Assembly (NCBI RefSeq): GCF_000012905.2
Contig: NC_007493.2
Location: forward strand, 360,001-392,000
DNA length: 32,000 bases
From: Cereibacter sphaeroides 2.4.1
Lineage (GTDB): Bacteria; Pseudomonadota; Alphaproteobacteria; Rhodobacterales; Rhodobacteraceae
Direction of reading: 5' to 3'
Under the pieces are notes generated by a model. It made no database searches, was not told the DNA's origin, and was given only the letters and a program-made list of their open reading frames with translations. Position 1 is the stretch's first letter. Every line of letters starts with the position of its first letter. Below are positions 9,265-20,069 of the stretch, piece after piece. Position numbers and translations under genes: made by a program.

Positions 9265-9373
9265 TCCTGCCTCCCTTTTCAGGAAGAACCCGGCAGTGCG
9301 CCCGCTGTTCCAGCGCAGGACCGTGACCGTCTGTCTCAGGGGGCGTGCTCGACGGAGGCGGATCGGGAGCGGG

Positions 9374-9466
9374 TCAGTAGGGCCAGAGGTTGACGATGAT
9401 GCCGGCCGAGGTTGCGCTCAGCGCGACGAGCAGGAGCACGAAGAGGCGGGCGTCCCTGGGTTCCAT
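9374..9466 (-). CDS. Candidate 30-aa single-pass membrane micro-protein (MEPRDARLFVLLLVALSATSAGIIVNLWPY)
   Basis: It is not in the ORF track because it is too short. An ATG is preceded by GAGG at 5-nt spacing. 27 of 29 sense codons after the ATG end in G or C, matching the local coding bias. The layout is a charged N-terminus followed by one hydrophobic helix. It lies 109 nt upstream of the response regulator on the same strand. Confidence 0.4.
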   Translation of the reverse strand: MEPRDARLFVLLLVALSATSAGIIVNLWPY

Positions 9467-9636
9467 GGCGGCCTCGGGGGTGGCGGTCGCTCTCGCAACA
9501 TCGGTCCCGCACTCCTGTTCCGCCCTGCCGTGGCGGAAAGGGGGCCGGTCTTCCGGACGTCGAGTTCAGGCCGGGCGGCCAGAGCTGTGCGCGGGCCGCG
9601 CAGCGGGGCCTCCGGCGGCTCGCTCCGGATGGCGGC

Positions 9637-10641
9637 TCAGGCGGCCGGTTCGTCGCGCGACAGAAGCCGAGGGGCCGTCGAATCGCGCGGGACGAGCTCG
9701 CTCTCGAGCACCAGCTTTCGCCGCGGCCGGTCCGGCATCTCGAGCCGCGCGAGGAGCAGCGTCAACGCCTCGCGGCCCATGGTTTCGGCGGGCTGGCGCA
9801 GCACCGTCAGCCCGGGATTGACGATGCCGGTCCAGGGATCGTCGTCGACCCCGGCCACCGCCAGATCGCGCGGGATGACGAGGCCGCGGTCGTGACAGAA
9901 GCGCACCGCCGCCTCGAGAAAGAGGCCGTTGCTGACGATCAGCGCCTCGGGGCGTTCGGCCTCGAGCCAGTCGGCCAGCGCCGCGTAGCCCGCCACCGCA
10001 TTGGGCGGGGCGCGATGGACGAGGGCAGCCAGCCCGTGCCGCGCCAGAGCGGCGACGAAGCCCCGGGCACGGGCCTCGCCGGTGAAGGAGTTCGCCCCGA
10101 AGAGGCCCGCGATCCGCTGCCGCCCGCTGGCCACCACATGATCGACGAGCGTGCGCATCGCGCCCTCGTTGTCGAGCGTGACCGCGTCGCAGCCCGCGCC
10201 CTCGGGATCGCGGTCGACCAGCACCACGGGCATCTGCAGCCGTCGCAGCGCCTCGGGCCGAAGCTCGCGCGTGGGCGCGAGGATCAGCCCGCTGACACGT
10301 TCGCCGGCCATCATCTCCAGATGCATCGCCTCGCGGGCGGGATCCTCGTCCGTGTTGCACAGGAACACCCGCAGCCCTGCCCGGTAGGCCGCATCCTCGA
10401 CGCCGAAGCTCAGGCGCGTGAAGAAGGGATTGCGGATGTCGGCCAGCACCAGACCCACGGTGGCGGGCACCTGCGAGCGCAGCCGGCGGGCCGAGAGATT
10501 GGGCTGGTAGCCGGTGGCGCGCACCGCCGCCTCGACCTGCGCGCGGACCTCGGCGCTGACGGGGCCCTTGCCCAGAGCCCGCGAGACCGTGGAGGGAGCG
10601 ACCCCTGCCGCCCGGGCGACATCCTTGATGCTGACGGTCAT
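9637..10641 (-). CDS. LacI-family transcriptional regulator (probable fructose-operon repressor, Cra/FruR-like)
   Basis: It has an N-terminal HTH (VSIKDVARAAGVAPSTVSRAL) and a periplasmic-binding-protein-like sugar-binding core. It is divergent from fruBKA. I chose ATG 10641 rather than the longest-ORF start at 10818, which would overlap the fruB start. Confidence 0.9.
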   Translation of the reverse strand: MTVSIKDVARAAGVAPSTVSRALGKGPVSAEVRAQVEAAVRATGYQPNLSARRLRSQVPATVGLVLADIRNPFFTRLSFGVEDAAYRAGLRVFLCNTDEDPAREAMHLEMMAGERVSGLILAPTRELRPEALRRLQMPVVLVDRDPEGAGCDAVTLDNEGAMRTLVDHVVASGRQRIAGLFGANSFTGEARARGFVAALARHGLAALVHRAPPNAVAGYAALADWLEAERPEALIVSNGLFLEAAVRFCHDRGLVIPRDLAVAGVDDDPWTGIVNPGLTVLRQPAETMGREALTLLLARLEMPDRPRRKLVLESELVPRDSTAPRLLSRDEPAA

Positions 10642-10750
10642 CCGCAATCGTTTCCACTGCCAATCCCGCTCGACAATGCGCCGGACGGGGCCGTTTGACA
10701 AGGCTTCAGCCCGTTCCACCGCCAAGACACCAAAGACAGGAAAATTCTTG

Positions 10751-10766
10751 GTGGAAACGTTTCCAC
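10751..10766. promoter_or_regulatory. Perfect 16-bp palindromic operator GTGGAAACGTTTCCAC (LacI/Cra-type)
   Basis: The sequence is exactly self-complementary and centred on CG. Its core GAAACGTTTC resembles the Cra/FruR box TGAAACGTTTCA. It lies in the fruR-like/fruB divergent spacer. A partial site (CGTTTCCAC, 10649-10657) lies next to the regulator start. Confidence 0.6.
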
Positions 10767-10779
10767 ATTCCGCTATGAT
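10752..10779 (+). promoter_or_regulatory. Putative fruBKA promoter (-35-like TGGAAA, 16-nt spacer, -10 TATGAT)
   Basis: TATGAT at 10774-10779 is the best -10-like hexamer in the spacer, 30 nt before GTG 10809. The operator palindrome covers the -35/spacer region. The RBS GGGGAGGAG is at 10797-10805. Confidence 0.4.
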
Positions 10780-10808
10780 GAATCCATAGGCGATCTGGGG
10801 AGGAGTCG

Positions 10809-13325
10809 GTGACGTCATTGACCAGGCAGGGAGAGATCCCGCGCGAACTGATCCAACTGGACGCGCGCGCGTCGTCCAAGGAAGAGGCCATCGCTCAGGC
10901 GGCGGCGGCGCTCGTGGCGGCGGGCTGCGTGCGGCCCGGCTTCGAGGCCAGCATGCTGCGGCGCGAAGCGGTGTCGAACACCTATCTCGGCAAGGGGATC
11001 GCGATTCCGCACGGCACGGTCGAGGACCGCGACCTGATCCAGAAGGATGCCATCGCTGTGCTTCAGGTGCGCGACGGCGTGGAATGGAACGCGGGCGAGC
11101 GGGCGCGGCTCGTGGTGGCCATCGCCGCCCGGTCGGACGGCCATATCGAGATCCTCCGCCGGCTGACCCGGCTTCTGCAGGACGAGGACCGGCTGGCCGT
11201 CCTCGCCGCGACGGACGACCGGCAGGCGCTGTCCGACGCGCTGAACGGAGTGGCCGCGGGCGCTGCGGCCACTGCCGAGCCTGCGGGCGATTTCGCGCAG
11301 TCCTTCGACTGGGTGCTGGATTACCCGACCGGGCTCCATGCCCGGCCCGCCACCGAATGGGCCGAGGCGGCGCGCCGCTTCCCCTGCCGCATCCGCATCC
11401 GGCACGGCGCCGAGACGGCGGATGCGCGCAACATGATTTCGCTTCTGAGCCTTGGGCTGAAGTCGGGCGATGCGATCACCGTTTCGGCCGAAGGGCAGGG
11501 CGCGGCCGAGGCGCTCGCCACGCTGAAGGTCACGATGACCGGGCTCAGCGCCCGGGAGAAGGCCGACGCGGCCCGCGCCGAGGAGAAGCGCCGCGCGACC
11601 GCCGCGGCCGGCGGCTGGGTGCCGCCCTCGTCTCCGCGCGCCATCGAGGGCGTGCCGGCCGCGCCGGGTCTGGCCATCGGGCGCATCACCCGGATCGCCA
11701 CCGACGGGATGGAGATCCCCGACGAGCCGGTGGAGCTGGCCCGGGCGGCCGATCTGCTTCATGCGGCCTTGGGCCAGACGGCGGAACAGCTCCACAGCCT
11801 CGCCGACGATACCGCGCGGCGGCTGGGAGAATCGGATGCGGCCATCTTCCGGGCGCAGGCGGGGCTGCTGGCCGATCCCGATCTCATCACGCTCGCCTCG
11901 CAATGGCTGGTGGACGGGCACGGCCTCGCCTGGTCCTGGCATCGCGCCTATGAGGACATGGCGGCGCGGCTCTCGGCCCTGCGCAACCCGGTGCTGGCTG
12001 CCCGCGCGGCCGACCTGCGCGACGTGGGCCAGCGGGTGCTTGCCCATATCGACCCGCGCTTTGCCCGGTCGCGGCTGGCCGACCTGCCCGAGGACACGAT
12101 CCTCGTGGCCGAGGATATCTCGCCCTCGGATGCGGCGGGACTGGACCCCGCGAAAGTTGCGGGCCTCGTGACGGCGCTGGGCGGTCCCACCTCGCACACG
12201 GCGATCCTCGCCCGGACGCTGGGCCTGCCCGCGGTCGTGGGCACGGGAGCGGTGGTCGAGCGGCTGGAAGATGGCGCGTGCGCCATCGTCGATGGCCATG
12301 GCGGGCGGCTCTATCTCGATCCGTCGGAAGCCGACCTCGCCTCGGCCCGCGACTGGATCGCGGCGGAAGAGGCACGCCGCGCCCGGGCGGCCGAGACGCG
12401 GGCGCTGCCCGCCACCACGCGCGACGGGCACCGGATCGACATCGGCGCCAACATCAACCTCGCCGAGCAGGCAGCCTTCGCGCTGGGGCAGGGTGCCGAG
12501 GGCGTGGGTCTGATGCGGACCGAGTTCCTGTTCCTCGAACGCAGCGAGAGCCCGACCGAGGACGAGCAGGCCGAAGCCTATGCGGCGATGGCGCGCGCGC
12601 TCGAGGGGCGGCCGCTGGTGATCCGCGCGCTCGACATCGGCGGCGACAAGCAGGTGGCCCATCTCGACCTCCCGCGCGAGGAGAACCCGTTCCTCGGCGT
12701 GCGCGGCGCGCGGCTCCTGCTGCGCCGGCCCGACCTGCTGGTGCCGCAGCTGCGCGCGCTCTATCGCGCGGCGGCCGGCGGGGCGCAGATCTCGGTCATG
12801 TTCCCGATGGTCACCTCGCTCGGCGAGCTTCTGGAGCTGCGCGCCACCTGCGAGCGGATCCGGCAGGAGCTGGACGCGCCGGTCGTGCCGCTGGGCATCA
12901 TGGTCGAGGTGCCCTCCGCGGCGCTTCTTGCGGCGGAATTCGCCGCCCACGCGGACTTCTTCTCGATCGGGACCAACGATCTTACCCAATATGCGCTGGC
13001 CATCGACCGGCAGAACCCGGAGCTCGCCCCCGAGGCGGACAGCCTGCATCCGGCCGTCCTGCGGCTCATCGATCTGACGGTGAAGGGCGCGGCGGTCCAT
13101 GGCCGCTGGGTGGGGGTCTGCGGCGGCATCGCGGGCGATCCGTTCGGCGCGGCGCTGCTTGCGGGCCTCGGGGTGGACGAGCTTTCGATGACCCCGCGCG
13201 ACATTCCCGCGGTGAAGGAGCGTCTGCGCCAGTCCGACCGGGCGGGGCTCAGGGCTCTGGCCGAACACGCGCTGGCCTGTTCCGACGCCGAAGCCGTGCG
13301 GGCCCTCGCCGCGGAGGCCCCATGA
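10809..13325 (+). CDS. fruB: Fructose PTS multiphosphoryl transfer protein (EIIA-Fru / HPr-like / Enzyme I fusion)
   Basis: The 838-aa ORF has three modules in order: an EIIA type-2 module (GKGIAIPHGT), an HPr-like module (PTGLHARPATEW) and Enzyme I (GGPTSHTAILARTLGLPAV, FFSIGTNDLTQY). This is the architecture described for Rhodobacter capsulatus MTP. It uses a GTG start with a strong RBS. Confidence 0.9.
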   Translation: MTSLTRQGEIPRELIQLDARASSKEEAIAQAAAALVAAGCVRPGFEASMLRREAVSNTYLGKGIAIPHGTVEDRDLIQKDAIAVLQVRDGVEWNAGERARLVVAIAARSDGHIEILRRLTRLLQDEDRLAVLAATDDRQALSDALNGVAAGAAATAEPAGDFAQSFDWVLDYPTGLHARPATEWAEAARRFPCRIRIRHGAETADARNMISLLSLGLKSGDAITVSAEGQGAAEALATLKVTMTGLSAREKADAARAEEKRRATAAAGGWVPPSSPRAIEGVPAAPGLAIGRITRIATDGMEIPDEPVELARAADLLHAALGQTAEQLHSLADDTARRLGESDAAIFRAQAGLLADPDLITLASQWLVDGHGLAWSWHRAYEDMAARLSALRNPVLAARAADLRDVGQRVLAHIDPRFARSRLADLPEDTILVAEDISPSDAAGLDPAKVAGLVTALGGPTSHTAILARTLGLPAVVGTGAVVERLEDGACAIVDGHGGRLYLDPSEADLASARDWIAAEEARRARAAETRALPATTRDGHRIDIGANINLAEQAAFALGQGAEGVGLMRTEFLFLERSESPTEDEQAEAYAAMARALEGRPLVIRALDIGGDKQVAHLDLPREENPFLGVRGARLLLRRPDLLVPQLRALYRAAAGGAQISVMFPMVTSLGELLELRATCERIRQELDAPVVPLGIMVEVPSAALLAAEFAAHADFFSIGTNDLTQYALAIDRQNPELAPEADSLHPAVLRLIDLTVKGAAVHGRWVGVCGGIAGDPFGAALLAGLGVDELSMTPRDIPAVKERLRQSDRAGLRALAEHALACSDAEAVRALAAEAP

Positions 13326-14308
13326 GCCGCGTCCATACCGTCACGCTCAACCCGGCCATCGACCAGACGGTGAGCCTGCCGCATCTGGCGGTGGGCGAGG
13401 TCAACCGCGCGACGGCCGTGCGCCACGATCCGGGCGGCAAGGGGATCAATGTGGCCTCGGTGCTGGCCGACTGGGGCGTCTCGGTCGCGGCCCACGGTCT
13501 TCTGGGGCGGGCGAATGCCGCGCCCTTCGAGGCGCTCTTTGCGCAGAAATCGATCGCCGACCGGATGCTGCGGGTGGCCGGCGAGACGCGCACCAACGTC
13601 AAGATCCTCGAAGAGGACGGGCGCACCACCGACCTGAACCTGCCCGGCTTTCCGGCGGACGAGGGCCATCTTGCGGCGCTGGCCGAGGGGCTGGGCTCGG
13701 TCGCGGCGGGCGAACTCGTGGTAATCTCGGGCAGCCAGCCCGCGGGCCTTCCGGCCTCGGCCACCGCGCGGCTTGCCGCCCGGGTGCAGGAGCGCGGCGC
13801 GCGGGTGCTCTGCGACGTCTCGGGCGCCCCGCTGGCCGAGGTGCTGGCGGCCCCCGTCCTACCGGATGCGATCAAGCCCAACCGGCACGAGCTCGAGGGC
13901 TGGGTCGGGCGCAGTCTCGCCGACCGGGCCGATCTGGCCGCGGCCGCCGCGGCGCTCGCGGCCCGCGGGATCGCGCTCGTCGTGGTCTCGCTCGGCACCG
14001 AAGGCGCGCTCTTCGTCTCGTCGGACGGGGCGGTCGTGGCGCGCCCGGTGCAGCTGTCGCGCGGCAGCACGGTCGGAGCGGGGGATGCGATGGTGGCGGG
14101 CCTCGCCTCGGCGCTGGTCGAGGGGCTGCCGCTTCGCGCCACCGCCGCGCGGGCCACGGCCTTCGCCGCGGCCAAGCTGCAGAACCCCGGCCCGCATCTG
14201 CCGGGCGTGGATCAGGTGCGCGCCCTCGAGGCGCGCGTGGAGAGGATGGCGGCGGCGGACTGGATCCGCGCCGCGGGCCGGACGGCCGATCAGGGAGAGA
14301 GGACATGA
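13322..14308 (+). CDS. fruK: 1-phosphofructokinase
   Basis: It belongs to the PfkB family (TVTLNPAIDQT, GGKGINVA, GAGDAMVAGL). Its ATG overlaps the fruB stop (ATGA). Confidence 0.9.
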   Translation: MSRVHTVTLNPAIDQTVSLPHLAVGEVNRATAVRHDPGGKGINVASVLADWGVSVAAHGLLGRANAAPFEALFAQKSIADRMLRVAGETRTNVKILEEDGRTTDLNLPGFPADEGHLAALAEGLGSVAAGELVVISGSQPAGLPASATARLAARVQERGARVLCDVSGAPLAEVLAAPVLPDAIKPNRHELEGWVGRSLADRADLAAAAAALAARGIALVVVSLGTEGALFVSSDGAVVARPVQLSRGSTVGAGDAMVAGLASALVEGLPLRATAARATAFAAAKLQNPGPHLPGVDQVRALEARVERMAAADWIRAAGRTADQGERT

Positions 14309-16050
14309 CAGGCATCGTCGCCGTCATTTCGACGGGGAGCTTCGGGCCCCATGCGGCCCTCGCGCGCGAGGCCTTGCGCAAGGCCGCGCAGGGGCTGGGC
14401 CGCGCCATCGCGGTCGAGCTGCGCACGCAGGAGACCGTGACCGACGCGCTGCCGCCCGAGGCGGTGAGCGGCGCAAGTCAGGTGCTGCTCGTGACCGAGC
14501 CCGGCGGAGCCGCGGCCGACGAGGCCCGCTTCGCCGGCCGCCCCACGATCCATGCGACGTTGGCCGAGGTGCTGGAAGATGCGCCGGGCGTGCTGGCCCG
14601 CACCGGATCCGGCGCCGCCGCGGCTCCGGCCGCGGATCCTGCCGCGGCCGAGGGCGCGCTGAAGATCGTGGCCATCACCTCCTGCCCCACCGGCATCGCC
14701 CATACCTTCATGGCGGCCGAGGGGCTCGTCGAGGGCGCCAGCGCGCAGGGTCACCAGATCCGGGTCGAGACCCAGGGCTCTGTCGGCGCGCAGGACGAAC
14801 TGACCGCGGCCGAGATTGCGGCGGCCGATCTCGTCATCATCGCGGCCGACAAGCAGGTGGATCTCGGGCGTTTCGGCGGCAAGCGCCTGTTCCTCTCGCC
14901 CACCAAGCCCGCGATCACCGACGGCGCGGGCCTGATCCGCAAGGCGCAGGCCGAGGCGCGGATGCAGGCCGGATCGGCCTCCTCCGAGGCCGCGCAGCCC
15001 GAGGCCAAGAAGGTCGGCGTCTACAAGCACCTGATGACGGGCGTCTCCTTCATGCTGCCCTTCGTGGTGGCGGGCGGGCTTCTCATCGCCATCGCCTTCG
15101 CTCTGGGCGGGATCTACGTCTATGAGGACCAGTATGCCGGCACGCTCGGCCATACGCTGTTCCAGATCGGCGCGAAGGGGGCCTTCACGCTGATGGTGCC
15201 GGCGCTGGCGGGCTACATCGCCTGGTCCATCGCCGACCGGCCCGGCCTCGCCCCCGGCATGACCGGCGGCGTCATCGCGGGCACCATCGGCGCGGGCTTC
15301 CTCGGCGGGATCGTCGCGGGCTTCATCGCGGGCTACGGCGTCCTCTGGCTCAACCGCGCGATCAAGCTGCCGAAGACCCTGCAGGGGCTGAAGCCCGTGC
15401 TGATCCTGCCGCTTCTCGGCACGGCGCTGACCGGGCTTCTGATGTATTATGTCGTGGGCGAGCCCACGGCGCGGCTGCTGGCCACCATCACCGCCTTCCT
15501 GCAGGGGATGCAGGGCACGTCGGCCGCCCTTCTGGGGCTGCTCCTCGGCGGCATGATGGCGGTGGACATGGGCGGGCCCGTCAACAAGGCGGCCTATGCC
15601 TTCGCCACCACGCTCATCGCGGCCAATGTGCTGGAGCCGATGGCGGCCGTCATGTGCGCGGGCATGGTGCCGCCCATCGCGCTCGCGGTGGCGTGCCGGC
15701 TTCTGCCCGCCCGCTTCACCCCGGAAGAGCGCGAGGCCGGCAATGCGGCCTTCGTGCTGGGCCTCGCCTTCGTCACCGAGGGCGCGATCCCCTTCGCGGC
15801 GCGCGATCCGCTGCGGGTGATCCCGAGCCTTATCGCGGGCTCGGCGGTGGCGGGGGCGATCTGCATGGCGCTCGGCGTGGCGCAGCGCGTGCCGCACGGC
15901 GGGATCTTCGTCCTGCCGATCCCCAATGCCGTGACGAACCTCACGGGCTTCGGGATCGCCCTCGTGGCGGGCACGGCGGTCTCGGTTCTCGCGCTGGCGC
16001 TGGTCAAGCGGCGGATCGTGGTGCCCGCCGCGGTGCCCTCGGCCGTCTGA
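14305..16050 (+). CDS. fruA: PTS fructose-specific EIIB'BC permease
   Basis: It has an N-terminal IIB'-like domain, a IIB domain with the active-site Cys (ITSCPTGIAHTFMAAE) and a multi-helix IIC domain. Its ATG overlaps the fruK stop (ATGA). Confidence 0.92.
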   Translation: MTGIVAVISTGSFGPHAALAREALRKAAQGLGRAIAVELRTQETVTDALPPEAVSGASQVLLVTEPGGAAADEARFAGRPTIHATLAEVLEDAPGVLARTGSGAAAAPAADPAAAEGALKIVAITSCPTGIAHTFMAAEGLVEGASAQGHQIRVETQGSVGAQDELTAAEIAAADLVIIAADKQVDLGRFGGKRLFLSPTKPAITDGAGLIRKAQAEARMQAGSASSEAAQPEAKKVGVYKHLMTGVSFMLPFVVAGGLLIAIAFALGGIYVYEDQYAGTLGHTLFQIGAKGAFTLMVPALAGYIAWSIADRPGLAPGMTGGVIAGTIGAGFLGGIVAGFIAGYGVLWLNRAIKLPKTLQGLKPVLILPLLGTALTGLLMYYVVGEPTARLLATITAFLQGMQGTSAALLGLLLGGMMAVDMGGPVNKAAYAFATTLIAANVLEPMAAVMCAGMVPPIALAVACRLLPARFTPEEREAGNAAFVLGLAFVTEGAIPFAARDPLRVIPSLIAGSAVAGAICMALGVAQRVPHGGIFVLPIPNAVTNLTGFGIALVAGTAVSVLALALVKRRIVVPAAVPSAV

Positions 16051-16094
16051 CGGCGCGCCCGGCCCCGCGGCCTCCCACGCGGGACCGGACCTCG

Positions 16095-16120
16095 GGGCCG
16101 GCACCTCCGGGTGCCGGCTC
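16095..16120. terminator. GC-rich hairpin between convergent fruA and ynfA (probable bidirectional terminator)
   Basis: GCCGGCACC-TCCG-GGTGCCGGC forms a 9-bp perfect stem at 16097..16118, plus two outer pairs. There is no clear U-tract. Confidence 0.5.
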
Positions 16121-16153
16121 CGTCATGTCGCATTCCCAGCACGCGGACGGTCC

Positions 16154-16480
16154 TCAGCCCCGCGGCGCCCAGAGGATCACCGCCGCCCCGGCGAGGACGA
16201 GGGCCGCGCCGCCCATGTCCCAGCGGTCGGGACGCACGCCCTCGACGGCCCAGAGCCAGAGGAGGGAGGCCGCCACATAGACCCCGCCGTACACAGCATA
16301 GGACCGGCCCGCCGCCTCGACCGGGGTCAGCGCCAGAAGCCAGGCGAAGGTGCCGAGCGACAGGGCCCCCGGCACCAGCCAGAGCGCCGAGGCGCCCAGC
16401 CGCCACCAAGCCCAGACCGCGAAACATCCCGCGATCTCGGCCAGCGCCGCCCCCGCATAGGCCGCGAGCGACAGTCCCAT
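16154..16480 (-). CDS. ynfA: YnfA/UPF0060-family small membrane protein (SMR-like, 108 aa)
   Basis: It shows full-length YnfA-like sequence ([19 protein letters not shown]..., [19 protein letters not shown]) with four hydrophobic helices. Its ATG shares its A with the TGA of the upstream merR-family gene (TGATG). Confidence 0.85.
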   Translation of the reverse strand: MGLSLAAYAGAALAEIAGCFAVWAWWRLGASALWLVPGALSLGTFAWLLALTPVEAAGRSYAVYGGVYVAASLLWLWAVEGVRPDRWDMGGAALVLAGAAVILWAPRG

Positions 16481-16905
16481 CAGGGCTCCTTCCGGTGCTC
16501 GTGCGCGCAGTGGGCATGATCGCCCAGCACTTCGATCACCCGGCAATCGGCGATCGTGCCATGGGCGCACTGGCCGATCATGCGCTCGAGCTCCGCCTCG
16601 AGCGCGCGCAGCCGCCCGATCCGCGCCCGCACCGCGGAGAGTTGCGCCCGCGCGATGGCGTCGGCCGCCTCGCAGGACTGGTCGGGCCGGTCCGACAGGC
16701 TCAGGAGATCCCGGATCGCCTCGAGCGGGAAGCCCAGATCGCGCGCGTGGCGGATGAAGGCCAGACGCTCCTCCGCCCGGTGTCCGTAGAGCCGCTGGTT
16801 GCCCGCGCTGCGCTCGGGCGGCGGCAGCAGCCCGATCTGCTCGTAATAGCGGATCGTCGGCACCTTCACGCCGGCCGCCTCTGCCAGTTTCCCGATCGTG
16901 AGCAT
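16480..16905 (-). CDS. MerR-family heavy-metal-responsive regulator (ZntR/CadR/PbrR-like)
   Basis: It has a MerR HTH ([26 protein letters not shown]), a dimerisation helix, a metal-site Cys (SCEAA) and a C-terminal Cys/His cluster ([11 protein letters not shown]...[10 protein letters not shown]). It is divergent from the P1B ATPase. I chose ATG 16905 (AAGGGG RBS) rather than 16965. Confidence 0.9.
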   Translation of the reverse strand: MLTIGKLAEAAGVKVPTIRYYEQIGLLPPPERSAGNQRLYGHRAEERLAFIRHARDLGFPLEAIRDLLSLSDRPDQSCEAADAIARAQLSAVRARIGRLRALEAELERMIGQCAHGTIADCRVIEVLGDHAHCAHEHRKEP

Positions 16906-16915
16906 GAGAAACCCC

Positions 16916-16965
16916 TTGAACCTATAGTTGCTAGAGACATTAGGTTCCTGAGTCGTTGAGGACAA
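16916..16965. promoter_or_regulatory. Back-to-back MerR-type promoters with dyad operator
   Basis: On the plus strand, TTGAAC (16916-21), a 19-nt spacer and TAGGTT (16941-46) face the ATPase. The long spacer is the hallmark of MerR-activated promoters. The spacer contains the dyad CTATAG-TTG-CTAGAG (16922-36). On the minus strand, TTGTCC (16965-60), a 17-nt spacer and TAATGT (16942-37) face merR-ynfA. The two -10 elements overlap. Confidence 0.6.
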
Positions 16966-16988
16966 GCGCCCCCGGGCGGGAGAGTGAG

Positions 16989-19211
<2,223 letters not shown>

Positions 19212-19224
19212 GGCGCGGCGTGCT

Positions 19225-19245
19225 CGGAGCGGCGGCTGGCCGCTC
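19225..19245 (+). terminator. Hairpin downstream of zntA
   Basis: GGAGCGGC-GGCTG-GCCGCTCC forms an 8-bp perfect stem 14 nt after the stop. There is no strong U-tract. Confidence 0.45.
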
Positions 19246-19334
19246 CGGGCTTCGGGCTCGGACAGCGAAGGCCAGGCGGCCCCAGCGTGGCGCGGCCGGC
19301 GCCGGATCCGTCCGGGCCTGTCGGGTCGGGGGGC

Positions 19335-19856
19335 TTAGAACGGGATCTCGTCGTCGAGGTCGTTCCGGCGGCCGCCGCCACTCGGGGCGCCGCCCGAGGA
19401 GGCGCCGCCGCGGGGGCCGCTGCCGTAATTGTCGTAGTTGTCCGGCCCGCCGCGATCCTCGTAGCCGCCACCGCCCATGCCGCCGCCGGCGCCCGCGCCT
19501 TCGCCGCGCCCTCCGAGCATCGTCAGCGAGCTGCGGAACGGGCGCAGCACGACCTCGGTCGAGTAGCGGTCCTGACCCGACTGGTCCTGCCACTTCCGCG
19601 TCTCGAGCTGGCCCTCGATATAGACGGTCGAGCCCTTGCGCAGATACTGCTCGGCCACCCGCGCCAGGTTTTCATCGAAGATGGCGACCGAGTGCCATTC
19701 GGTGCGCTCCTTCCGCTCGCCCGAGGCGCGGTCGCGCCACTGCTCGGACGTGGCGATGCGGAGGTTCACCACCTTGCCGCCGTTCTGGAAGCTGCGCACC
19801 TCGGGATCGCGGCCGAGATTGCCGATGATGATGACCTTGTTGACCGAGCCCGCCAT
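19335..19856 (-). CDS. ssb: Single-stranded DNA-binding protein
   Basis: It has an OB-fold N-terminus ([16 protein letters not shown]), a Gly-rich linker and an acidic tip (DDEIPF). GGAGGAAGC lies upstream of the ATG. Confidence 0.95.
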   Translation of the reverse strand: MAGSVNKVIIIGNLGRDPEVRSFQNGGKVVNLRIATSEQWRDRASGERKERTEWHSVAIFDENLARVAEQYLRKGSTVYIEGQLETRKWQDQSGQDRYSTEVVLRPFRSSLTMLGGRGEGAGAGGGMGGGGYEDRGGPDNYDNYGSGPRGGASSGGAPSGGGRRNDLDDEIPF

Positions 19857-20069
19857 GCTTCCTCCGAATCCTGTGGCCGGGGAAGGATGCCCCGGATGTG
19901 GTTAACGGAATGGCTACACTGACCGGGCCGCACCCGCAACGCCGGACGGGCGCACCGGGCCGGGACCCGCGCGGCGCCCGGCCTCACCCGCCCCGGTTGT
20001 GTTCAAAAGGGTGGCGAACTTGCCGGCAATCCGTGTAATGTGCGGGCGGGACAGATGAAGGTTGTTTTC

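Noticed and set aside
9412-10698. A 428-aa plus-strand ORF opposite the LacI-family regulator, and the 393-aa longest-ORF version of the regulator (to 10818)
   Set aside because: The plus-strand ORF is antisense junk. The N-terminal extension of the regulator would cross the operator and promoter and overlap the fruB start. The HTH begins right after the ATG at 10641.
10815-16104. Long minus-strand ORFs (10815..13268 and 14290..16104) and a plus-strand frame ORF (12278..13321 portion) across the fru operon
   Set aside because: They are antisense to, or out of frame with, fruB, fruK and fruA. Only the part of the 12278 ORF from ATG 13322 onward is protein-like (FruK). The upstream part is Arg/Gly/Pro junk overlapping fruB.
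19287-19922. A 211-aa plus-strand ORF opposite ssb
   Set aside because: It is antisense to an unmistakable ssb gene. The Gly-rich ssb linker produces an open Ala/Pro-rich antisense frame.
20000-20018. GTTC-N11-GAAC upstream of ssb, considered as a possible SOS (LexA) box
   Set aside because: The alphaproteobacterial LexA box is a direct repeat, GTTC-N7-GTTC. This site is inverted with 11-nt spacing, and it lies closer to the divergent SLT gene start.
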